From: a virus
Taxonomy: Duplodnaviria > Caudoviricetes
Strand: one strand, 5' to 3'
DNA length: 54,059 nucleotides
Virus record (IMG/VR): IMGVR_UViG_3300030107_001798
Coordinates: 1-54,059 of that record
Shown: piece by piece, positions 28,326 through 36,559 of the stretch
Layout of the letters: each line of letters opens with the position of its first letter
Position numbering within the stretch: the stretch's first letter is position 1
Position numbers and translations under genes: made by a program
Notes under the pieces: model-generated
Databases searched by the model: none
What the model was told of the DNA's origin: nothing
The model's input: the letters and a program-made list of their open reading frames with translations, nothing else

Positions 28326-29945
28326 TTAACTCGGATATGTTTCATGCGTTGTTGACTCTTCAAAATAAGAGATAATAGAATGATTTTCTTGAAAATCTGC
28401 CTGCCCACTTGTTAGATGATATTTACTTGCTTTATTATTTATTTTATAATTATTAAAATTGCTTTGATTATATATATTAATATTTACATACCCATCTGAA
28501 TGTGCTTTTATTACTTCTCTTGTAGAGGCTTTAGCTATAAAACTTCCACCAGCGTCAATAGTAATATCACTACTACCATCTATTGTAAAAGCACCATCAA
28601 CATCAAGTTCTGGAGCATCTTCTAAATTAAATATAAATTCAGCCGTACCAGCTCCATCAGTTAGTGAAATATCTTTGCCAGCAGCATCTAAAACAATATC
28701 ACCAGACGAATCTAAAGTAATTGTAGTCCCGTCTAATTCCATTGTTCCATCAGCAGTTAATGTCATATTGCCATTTGCCCCATCATCATCTACAGTTGTT
28801 ATGCTTAATCGACCATTAGGAGATGCGGCTATAGTGACAGTGTCATCTGTAGAAGGGGTCATTACTATTGAATCATCAGTAATAACTGTAGTGCCTATTG
28901 TAAAATCTGTAGTTGCATCTATTGTAGTCCCTACAATTGTACCAGCAGAAACGGCTCCTATTGCAGTAAAATCGCCAGCAGCTTGACTATTTGCACCTAT
29001 AACAGTCCCATCTATAGCTCCGCTGTCTATATCCACCTTAGATATATCAACTTCACCTGAACCATTAGGAGTGATTGCAATGTTTCCATTTGCTCCATCT
29101 GTAATTGTAATTACACCAGTTGTTGAATTACCAGTTTGCAAAGTTACATCATAATCACCATTAGATTGAAATATCCCAGCGCCACTACCAGCACCAGCAG
29201 ATACAATTCCATTTATTAAAACTGTTCCATTTGTAGAATTAGTAATAGTTTCATCATTTTCAAGTATTAATCCATCTGAGCCTGTAATATCAATAGATGT
29301 GCTGGCAGTTATTGTAGTAAAAGCACCTGAAGTAGCTGAGTTAGCTCCTATAGTAGTTCCATCAATAGCACCTGAATCAATATTAACATTTGTCATAGCG
29401 TTAGAGCCAAAATCAGAAACTGCATCTATATCTAATGCTTTATGAAATTGCATTTTTTCACCGCTGTTAGTAGTAGTAAATGTTAAGTAAGCCGCATTAG
29501 CTTCTTCTATTATTAAAGCACTTGCTTGATTATCTGGAATTTTTATTGAGTTTTCACCTGCAACAGTGAATGTTAATGCTCCATCACCGCCTCCAAGACT
29601 TAAATCCCCAGTCATAGCTCTAGTTCCATCAACAAGTAAATATTGGGTATGGTCATCATCAGTCAAACTAGTTAAATCTCCATGACTCGTTACTCCAGTT
29701 CCAGCACTAGAAGAAGAGCTCCTTCCACCTCCAGTAATAACTCTTAATGGAGGCATTACACCAGAAGATGATATAGCAGTCCAAGAATTATTTTCTTTTA
29801 AATATTGAACAGTCCCAGCTCCTTCTACTTTTCTATATGCAATATCTCCATTAAATCCATCGCTATCTGAAGGTTTTCCAATACCATAAGTTGGTTGTTG
29901 TGCTTTTTGATGCAATAATTTTCTTTCTTTTTTAGTTAATGCCAT
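28326..29945 (-). CDS. Tail fibre/needle-like protein
   Basis: Repeated IDSGAIDGTxIGANS; DDDHTQYL; Thr/Gly-rich beta repeats. Confidence 0.7.
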   Translation of the reverse strand: MALTKKERKLLHQKAQQPTYGIGKPSDSDGFNGDIAYRKVEGAGTVQYLKENNSWTAISSSGVMPPLRVITGGGRSSSSSAGTGVTSHGDLTSLTDDDHTQYLLVDGTRAMTGDLSLGGGDGALTFTVAGENSIKIPDNQASALIIEEANAAYLTFTTTNSGEKMQFHKALDIDAVSDFGSNAMTNVNIDSGAIDGTTIGANSATSGAFTTITASTSIDITGSDGLILENDETITNSTNGTVLINGIVSAGAGSGAGIFQSNGDYDVTLQTGNSTTGVITITDGANGNIAITPNGSGEVDISKVDIDSGAIDGTVIGANSQAAGDFTAIGAVSAGTIVGTTIDATTDFTIGTTVITDDSIVMTPSTDDTVTIAASPNGRLSITTVDDDGANGNMTLTADGTMELDGTTITLDSSGDIVLDAAGKDISLTDGAGTAEFIFNLEDAPELDVDGAFTIDGSSDITIDAGGSFIAKASTREVIKAHSDGYVNINIYNQSNFNNYKINNKASKYHLTSGQADFQENHSIISYFEESTTHETYPS

Positions 29946-32900
29946 TATCTTATACTTTTCATCCTATAAACAATACAAATATCATTAATTTCAAAATCAG
30001 AATCAACAGTTCCATCCATATGTATTTGAAAACTATATATATTATTTGCGACAGAAGATGTTGCTGGTTTTAATTCAGCATGAGACCATAATGTAAGGTC
30101 TGTTTTATCAAGTAGTGGAGTAGGGTCAGCACTTCCAGTCGGAGTTCCGTCTGAATTTGTCCCATTAAAATTATATAATGTATCAGTATCGCCATTTTTA
30201 CTATATCTTACATTTAGACTGTCAGCGTCTCCTTTATATGAAATTCTTACTTTATAAACTTTTTTTCTTACTCCCGGTTCTCCAAAATCAATATCTTTTG
30301 TTTGATACACAAAATTAGTACTTGCAGTAGCTGAGGGGTTCCATTTTTTAATAACGGAATCAGTATTTGTTAAATATATTAAATCTTCATTTCTTAATGT
30401 AAAATTAGTCATGTTTGTGTCAACGGCTATTCTACCACTTCCCTTCATCCAAGCTCTTAATACAAAATCATATATAAAAACATCTTTATTTTCATTTTTA
30501 ATTAATAATTGTCTTTTCTTTGGTATATACCCTATATGAGCAGAAGACATATCCGTATCATCAGAACTACCATCTTCTCCATCTGTAATAAATGCTTCCC
30601 AGTCAGATTCATTTATCAACTTTAATCCATCTTTTTCTAAAAGATTATTTACAGTTCTACCATCATAAAAATAAACACCAAAAGAATTAAACCATGCAAT
30701 TCCATAATCTGTTTTTACAACATGATAATTTTTAGAGCATCCTTTATTTCTAAATGTGTCTTCTAAAAAATCTACATTTTCAGATATATTTATTATATAT
30801 AAACTGTTTTCTTTAAATTGCAAAATCCTATCTGCAAAAGCTTCAAGTTTTACAATACTTTCGCCATCATTAATTGTTACATCAATAGCATTAAGGTCTT
30901 CTGGAAATACATCAAATTTATTTACCACACTTTTTACAATTCTATCTGGATAAGTTTTTGAATCTGGTCTTTTTATATTTCCTATATAAACTCTTCTTCC
31001 ATGAACAACTGATGTTTTATATTTTGCAGTTATATAGCTTATTTCATTACTATAACCATTAATGTTTTTATATGTATCTACAGTATTAGCAGAGTCTGGA
31101 AGTATTTTTTTTACAATAGATGTATTAATTAAAACAGGAGCATCTGCGTTTGATGTGTTTGTTAAATCATATGCAAAAGTTTCGGATTCTGGAAACCATT
31201 TAAATCCTTTATTTACAAAATCTACTTCACCAATTAAAAAATGATTATCGTTTGTTGTTAGTTTATAATATATTCTTGAACCAGTTATTCTTTTGTTCAT
31301 TTCATATTTTTGAAAAGTAACACCTATTTTATAATTACTACTATCACTTGCATTAGTGTTTACCCAATCTTGTTTTATACTAGCAACTTTAGAACTTCCA
31401 ACATAATCAGAAATAACTCTAGTTTGACCACCTCCAGAACCAGAAGTTATATTAATTACTTGCCCATTGTAGTAATCATCACCAACAGAAGAATCACTTG
31501 CTAAAGTTATAGTGCCAGAAGCTCCAGCTTGAGCATTTCCAGTTACTAAAGTATCATCACTCCCACCTAAAGTTACTGCACTGCCTCCTTTAGAAGTCGC
31601 TAATTTAAAATCATTAGTAGTAATATCACGAACATAGTAAAGAGTCCCATCTGATATTCCAGTCGCCCTTTTTATACCCTCTAATTTCACAACATCTCCA
31701 TCAACTAATCCATGTGCATCGGAAATTATTTTATCATCACTAACATCTATTCCAGCTCCATTTGTAAAAACTCTTGAAGAAAACGGATTTACATATAAAT
31801 CAAACCTAAATAAAATAGGAGAGCCTACTATATTAATTTCAATCCCAGTATAAGCACTTCCTTCCGCTTCGAATTTTTTTAATAAAGATTCTTGCTTTGA
31901 TTTATCATATAAATAACTATGCCAAAAAGTATAATTACCTGCTCCAAATCCATCTAGCCTTGTTTGGGAAACCACCGGGCCGCTAGTCCAGCAAGTTGGA
32001 GCGGCAGTTCCAGTGTTGCCATCTTTTTGTACCATTACTACACGCCATTTTTGAAAAGTATCTCCAAAACTAGCAGTTTGCTTTGCAATATTTAAAGTAG
32101 AACATGAAAGAACGTTCCAAGTTTGCCCACCAACTAATTCATCAGCTCCAAAATCATATTGAATAAAAGTTGTACCTGCAGATTCTTCATAAAGAAGAAT
32201 TGATATATAATCAATCCTTTCATATTCAGCATCAATAAACCAAATTCCAATAACAAATGAATTAGATTCGTCAATCACAAAAGTACGGCCACCATCATCT
32301 CCAAATGTGCAACTTTCTTGACTAGATGCTCCTGTTATTAAATTGTTTATATCACCAAAAAGAGGAATTGGATTTGTAGTATTTTCTGCTTTAGTGCAAT
32401 TAGTTGCAACATTCCAATTAGTTGCAGTTAATTCAAGAGCTTGGCTATATTGCACTCCAACCCTTAAATTAACAGAAGCAGAGTCTAATAATTCTATTTC
32501 ACCACCCCCATTACTTCCATTAGCATATGTTCCTATGATTTCAGAATCAGAAGAATTTAATCCATCCCCACTTCCAGTAGCAGCATCAGAACCAGCGAAA
32601 GGAGTTGTTATAAAAACATTTCCATCCGTAGGTTTTTCTATACTTGAGTTTGTATCGTGCCAACCAATAGTTCCAGAATTGGAATTAAGAGAACTAAATT
32701 TTGCATCTTCTACATAACCAAAAAATCTTGAATCTCTACTTAAATTTTTATCTGCAACTCTTAAAGCTCCATCAACAGAATGATAAATAGGAGAAATATT
32801 ACCTGTATTTATTAAATCAGAACTAAAAGTATCACTTGATATACCAGCGCTATCTATACCATCAATCTTATGGTCATCATAATTATAAACAAAAATAAGA

Positions 32901-33154
32901 GATTCATCGGATGCAGTCCCATCTAATCTCCTATCTGAATTCATCACAAAGAGACCTTGATTTGGTTTAATAACTAAAGAATGATTTAAAGTTGTATCCG
33001 AATCATCAGATGAACCTAATAAAGTTAACCTACCAATTTTGTCAATATTAGCATCTATTAATGAAGGTGATTGGTTTTCTTTAATGTCTCTAGGGTCAGA
33101 ATTAGAATTTATACCACCGTGAAATTCTTCAATTTTATATGTTCTCTTAGGCAT
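29945..33154 (-). CDS. Tail tubular/stabilisation protein (P22 gp10 or T7 gp12-like)
   Basis: N-terminal FHGGIN...PRDI; C-terminal TKDIDFGEP..RK; size and position. Confidence 0.7.
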   Translation of the reverse strand: MPKRTYKIEEFHGGINSNSDPRDIKENQSPSLIDANIDKIGRLTLLGSSDDSDTTLNHSLVIKPNQGLFVMNSDRRLDGTASDESLIFVYNYDDHKIDGIDSAGISSDTFSSDLINTGNISPIYHSVDGALRVADKNLSRDSRFFGYVEDAKFSSLNSNSGTIGWHDTNSSIEKPTDGNVFITTPFAGSDAATGSGDGLNSSDSEIIGTYANGSNGGGEIELLDSASVNLRVGVQYSQALELTATNWNVATNCTKAENTTNPIPLFGDINNLITGASSQESCTFGDDGGRTFVIDESNSFVIGIWFIDAEYERIDYISILLYEESAGTTFIQYDFGADELVGGQTWNVLSCSTLNIAKQTASFGDTFQKWRVVMVQKDGNTGTAAPTCWTSGPVVSQTRLDGFGAGNYTFWHSYLYDKSKQESLLKKFEAEGSAYTGIEINIVGSPILFRFDLYVNPFSSRVFTNGAGIDVSDDKIISDAHGLVDGDVVKLEGIKRATGISDGTLYYVRDITTNDFKLATSKGGSAVTLGGSDDTLVTGNAQAGASGTITLASDSSVGDDYYNGQVINITSGSGGGQTRVISDYVGSSKVASIKQDWVNTNASDSSNYKIGVTFQKYEMNKRITGSRIYYKLTTNDNHFLIGEVDFVNKGFKWFPESETFAYDLTNTSNADAPVLINTSIVKKILPDSANTVDTYKNINGYSNEISYITAKYKTSVVHGRRVYIGNIKRPDSKTYPDRIVKSVVNKFDVFPEDLNAIDVTINDGESIVKLEAFADRILQFKENSLYIINISENVDFLEDTFRNKGCSKNYHVVKTDYGIAWFNSFGVYFYDGRTVNNLLEKDGLKLINESDWEAFITDGEDGSSDDTDMSSAHIGYIPKKRQLLIKNENKDVFIYDFVLRAWMKGSGRIAVDTNMTNFTLRNEDLIYLTNTDSVIKKWNPSATASTNFVYQTKDIDFGEPGVRKKVYKVRISYKGDADSLNVRYSKNGDTDTLYNFNGTNSDGTPTGSADPTPLLDKTDLTLWSHAELKPATSSVANNIYSFQIHMDGTVDSDFEINDICIVYRMKSIR

Positions 33155-33371
33155 TTCCTTCTTCGTATTCCATATCTTCTATAATAAGATTTTGAGAATG
33201 TTCTGGTAATTCACAAACAGAACAATCATCTTCTGTAAAGTCATATTCAGAATTTTCATCGTGGTCAAATACATCCATTCTTAATCCACCTTCAACAGAT
33301 GTAATTCTACCACCTAAAGCCGCTTGTGCTTTTTGATATTTTAATTCATTTTGTTCTTCTGGACTTGGCAT
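33147..33371 (-). CDS. Small acidic hypothetical protein (likely start MPSPEEQ)
   Basis: In frame with ORF 33147..33449; GAGG SD before ATG 33371. Confidence 0.65.
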   Translation of the reverse strand: MPSPEEQNELKYQKAQAALGGRITSVEGGLRMDVFDHDENSEYDFTEDDCSVCELPEHSQNLIIEDMEYEEGNA

Positions 33372-33537
33372 ACTTACCTCTTTTCTTTTTTTTATGACGT
33401 TCCCAAACTGGGTGCGGTGTACCCTTATCTGGTCATATATGGTAAGCATCTTTATCTTTTAAAAGATGGTATCTTCCTGCTATTGCATTGGAATCTCTTT
33501 CATTATGACCAAATAAATCTATATTATTTTTACCCAT
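33346..33537 (-). pseudogene. Small ORF interrupted by an in-frame TGA (pseudogene, recoding or sequence error)
   Basis: MGKNNIDLFGH...AYHI-[TGA 33433-33435]-PDKGTPHPVWERHKKKKRGKYAKSRRTK; TAATG-coupled to the upstream gene. Confidence 0.4.
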
Positions 33538-33878
33538 TAATATGGTGTAGCCTTAGGTCTTTTTATTTTTTTAGATGGCTTTTGTAATTTAGAAATTCTT
33601 TTAAAACGATTTTTCATTCTAACATTTTTAGATTCAGCCATATCCCAACCTATTTTATCTTGTTCTTGTTTTGAAGACGTTCCAGCTTTTTGAGGTTTAG
33701 CAGGCTTTTTGTAATTCTTACAAGCAGCTGCGCTTGTATATCCTAGCTTTTTCCAATCTTTGTCACATTTTGTTTTACTTGGCATATTATGTTTCCTTCT
33801 TCCACCACCTGTTTTTAATTTACTTCCTTTGCCTGTGTCGGGTGAAGATACATCAGACATTCCTATTACGTCAGCCAT
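33537..33878 (-). CDS. Lys-rich hypothetical protein
   Basis: ORF track; coupled on both sides. Confidence 0.7.
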   Translation of the reverse strand: MADVIGMSDVSSPDTGKGSKLKTGGGRRKHNMPSKTKCDKDWKKLGYTSAAACKNYKKPAKPQKAGTSSKQEQDKIGWDMAESKNVRMKNRFKRISKLQKPSKKIKRPKATPY

Positions 33879-34027
33879 TATAATCCCATTCTACCCATTA
33901 CTTTGTCTACTTTTTCTTTTAATGATTCTACTTCTTCTAATAGATAAGTAATAGCTTCTTGGCACTCGACTAATTCTTTAGAAACTTTAGGAGCTTTTTT
34001 AACTACTTTCTTTTTAGCCTCAGGCAT
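33878..34027 (-). CDS. Small protein (likely start MPEAKKK)
   Basis: In frame with ORF 33878..34072; TAATG coupling. Confidence 0.65.
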   Translation of the reverse strand: MPEAKKKVVKKAPKVSKELVECQEAITYLLEEVESLKEKVDKVMGRMGL

Positions 34028-34203
34028 TATATACCCAATTTTTTCAAGAGAACGCCCTTGATAATTTTCCAAAGAGCCTCAAGAATAGCTTTTTCTGTTT
34101 TTTCACTTATGATTGGAATATCAACGGCTTTATTAATTTCGTCAATAATCTCATCTTTTGTTGAGTCAGCTAATAACTCATCTGCTATCATTTTCATTAA
34201 CAT
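34027..34203 (-). CDS. Small hypothetical protein (58 aa)
   Basis: Hand-translated MLMKMIADELLADSTKDEIIDEINKAVDIPIISEKTEKAIL...; AAGGA SD. Confidence 0.7.
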   Translation of the reverse strand: MLMKMIADELLADSTKDEIIDEINKAVDIPIISEKTEKAILEALWKIIKGVLLKKLGI

Positions 34204-34204
34204 A

Positions 34205-34351
34205 TTATTTTTCCTTTATCTTTTTTGTTTTCAAATATAAATAATAAATTTGTATCGCAAACATAATACACATAAGTAAACCAGATATTAAATCTGTCCA
34301 ATAAACAAATCCTAAACTTGTGCTTAATCCTGTTACTTTTAGACTATCCAT
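34205..34351 (-). CDS. Small holin-like membrane protein (48 aa)
   Basis: Hand-translated MDSLKVTGLSTSLGFVYWTDLISGLLMCIMFAIQIYYLYLKTKKIKEK; hydrophobic with a basic tail. Confidence 0.6.
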   Translation of the reverse strand: MDSLKVTGLSTSLGFVYWTDLISGLLMCIMFAIQIYYLYLKTKKIKEK

Positions 34352-34590
34352 TAATTTACACTCTGTGATTGTTTTACAGCTCCTTGGCCTGGGTTAAAAT
34401 AACTAATTGTTTGAGATTCTTGTTGTTGATTAATCATCATTTTAGAATACAATAAATCTAAATGCCTTACTAACATTCCCACTTCTGGCATATGAAGAAC
34501 TAAATTAATTTGAGCTTGTTTAGGTTCTTCTTTTTTCTCAACAGGCTTTTGTTTATATTGATTGTTATATATATCTGCTAAACTACTCAT
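34351..34590 (-). CDS. Hypothetical protein
   Basis: ORF track; coupled. Confidence 0.65.
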   Translation of the reverse strand: MSSLADIYNNQYKQKPVEKKEEPKQAQINLVLHMPEVGMLVRHLDLLYSKMMINQQQESQTISYFNPGQGAVKQSQSVN

Positions 34591-34865
34591 TTTCTCAACC
34601 TATCTAATTCCTTTTCTAAATAATCAATTCTTTGATTTTGTTTAATATCAGCTGGAATCTCTGCATTCTGGTTAGCTTTAGCATCTTCCTCCATTCTACC
34701 AATATGTTCTTCATTGATGCTTACTTGATATTCCAAAAAAGATATTCGTGAATTTAACTCACCGTAGCCCCAAACCATAGCACCAATTAATGCTATCGCT
34801 TGAAATAACATTGGCAATGAAATATTAAGACTGCTTGAGTCTGATATAGGTTTAGTGTCTGCCAT
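34587..34865 (-). CDS. TM plus coiled-coil protein (lysis cluster)
   Basis: ISLPMLFQAIALIGAMVWGY helix followed by a coiled coil. Confidence 0.65.
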   Translation of the reverse strand: MADTKPISDSSSLNISLPMLFQAIALIGAMVWGYGELNSRISFLEYQVSINEEHIGRMEEDAKANQNAEIPADIKQNQRIDYLEKELDRLRK

Positions 34866-35169
34866 TTATTCTGCTCATCGAACCTTTTAATTCAGATACT
34901 TGGTTATCTAAATCGTTAATTTCTTTTGTAATAGCATCGAACTTTCTATCTAATTTATCATCGCTAGTGTTCCATCTACCTATTAACTTAATAATCATTC
35001 CTTCCATATTTTCAAGTGTTTCAGATTGCCCTTTATTTTCAATTTTTAAATTCTCTAAAGCTTCTTGTTGCGCTTCACTTTTCTTTGATAATGACATAAC
35101 TAAATAGACAAACATAACACCTACTACACCTATCATTCCCGCTTCGCCATATAATGCCATAAAATCCAT
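34852..35169 (-). CDS. Holin-like TM plus coiled-coil protein
   Basis: YGEAGMIGVVGVMFVYLV helix and coiled coil; BhlA-like architecture. Confidence 0.6.
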   Translation of the reverse strand: MDFMALYGEAGMIGVVGVMFVYLVMSLSKKSEAQQEALENLKIENKGQSETLENMEGMIIKLIGRWNTSDDKLDRKFDAITKEINDLDNQVSELKGSMSRINGRH

Positions 35170-35495
35170 TATTTATTACCTCTTTTATTTTTACCCCAAC
35201 TTAGAGGATTAATATTAAATTCTTTTTCATAAAACTTTACTTTTTCAGCTAATTCTTCTCGCTCAATCCTTTCTTCCACAATATGTTTATTAAGTAAATC
35301 ACCAATTTGTTCATTCGCAGTAGTTATTTTATTTTCCAACGATTTAATACGACTTTCAATTTGCCAATAACCATAAACCAAAGCCCCGACAAGAACACAT
35401 CCTTGAGCAAGCCATTTAAGATTAATAGAAACAATGGCGTTGTCGTCAAGAACAGTAGCCCTATAACTCCTAGCGGTATCTGGCTTTCCATTCAT
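35169..35495 (-). CDS. TM plus coiled-coil protein, apparent paralog of 34587..34865
   Basis: INLKWLAQGCVLVGALVYGYWQIESRI..LE aligns with ISLPMLFQAIALIGAMVWGYGELNSRI..LE. Confidence 0.65.
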   Translation of the reverse strand: MNGKPDTARSYRATVLDDNAIVSINLKWLAQGCVLVGALVYGYWQIESRIKSLENKITTANEQIGDLLNKHIVEERIEREELAEKVKFYEKEFNINPLSWGKNKRGNK

Positions 35496-35725
35496 TTAAT
35501 CCTAACGTCTTCCCATTGTCCATGTAAAAAACACCAATTATCACCGTGCCTAACTTTATCAGCATACCAATGATTAGTTGAATCATGAGCAACAATTTCT
35601 ACATAAACAGTATTTTCTGTAGTATCAGATGGTGTTAATTCATGCCCAGCAACGCTCCAACCTGGGCTACAATTAATATGGACAAATGTATTTAACAGGA
35701 AAATTATTACTTGTATTAGTTTCAT
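35492..35725 (-). CDS. Putative small lipoprotein or exported protein
   Basis: MK plus hydrophobic leader with Cys at position 20. Confidence 0.55.
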   Translation of the reverse strand: MKLIQVIIFLLNTFVHINCSPGWSVAGHELTPSDTTENTVYVEIVAHDSTNHWYADKVRHGDNWCFLHGQWEDVRIK

Positions 35726-35825
35726 ATTTAGTCTTGTTTTTAATTATAATATATTTACGAACTGCTCCTCCTAAGTCATAATCGTTTGGGTATTTTTTAA
35801 CTAATTTTAAAATTTTTTTCTTCAT
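35673..35825 (-). CDS. Small basic hypothetical protein (50 aa)
   Basis: Hand-translated MKKKILKLVKKYPNDYDLGGAVRKY...; fills the gap between two genes. Confidence 0.5.
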   Translation of the reverse strand: MKKKILKLVKKYPNDYDLGGAVRKYIIIKNKTKYETNTSNNFPVKYICPY

Positions 35826-35826
35826 A

Positions 35827-36276
35827 TTAAACTTTTAAATGCTTAGATACTTCTTGAGAACCACTTATTTGAGGCACTATTCTTGATAATAGTTCTGATT
35901 TAGTCTCACTAGAACCATAAGATATTCCACGTTTATCATAGAAATCTTTTATTTCTGCTTTAGTGTTTGAATCTGTAGGATAATCAGATTGAGAAGTTGC
36001 TACCCCATTAATAATATGATGTTTTCCTATTATTAACCTGCCATGCCCATTATCATATTTTTTTGCACATTCATCTACATAGAACTCTTCAATTGTTTTA
36101 AAGCTATTGCTTTTTTTAACAATTTCCCCATCAACATCTACGAAATATGTATAAGATGAAGGATAAGTCAAGGTTTCAGTAGAACCATCTGGATAAGTTT
36201 TTGTGCGAGTTGCACCTGGCGTTGTATTTCTATGAATCCTAATTCGATAACCTTGACTAGACCTTCTTACAATCAT
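35827..36276 (-). CDS. Protein with a C-terminal SAP/HeH-like motif
   Basis: TKAEIKDFYDKRGISYGSSETKSELL. Confidence 0.65.
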   Translation of the reverse strand: MIVRRSSQGYRIRIHRNTTPGATRTKTYPDGSTETLTYPSSYTYFVDVDGEIVKKSNSFKTIEEFYVDECAKKYDNGHGRLIIGKHHIINGVATSQSDYPTDSNTKAEIKDFYDKRGISYGSSETKSELLSRIVPQISGSQEVSKHLKV

Positions 36277-36542
36277 GCTTCTACTTCTGCCTCTTCAGGT
36301 TCTAAAGCCTTTTTAAGCTCTGCAAAACCTTTTTGAAACTTCTCTACAAATACTTTTTCACATTCAACTAATTGTTGTCGCATGAAAGCATTTGTATTCA
36401 GCTTGTTTTGTATGTCCCTTACATGGTCTTGGTCTAATGCAACTTGACCTGCAAGTTTTTTTTGTGAATCAGTCATATCATCGATAAAAAAGTCTTCTCC
36501 ATCGAGTTTCAAGACTGGCTTTTCTTTTTTGTCTTTAGCCAT
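36273..36542 (-). CDS. Small coiled-coil protein after the tail fibre (possible fibre chaperone)
   Basis: ORF track; AAGGAG SD; position. Confidence 0.65.
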   Translation of the reverse strand: MAKDKKEKPVLKLDGEDFFIDDMTDSQKKLAGQVALDQDHVRDIQNKLNTNAFMRQQLVECEKVFVEKFQKGFAELKKALEPEEAEVEA

Positions 36543-36559
36543 TATTGACTCCTTGTTAG

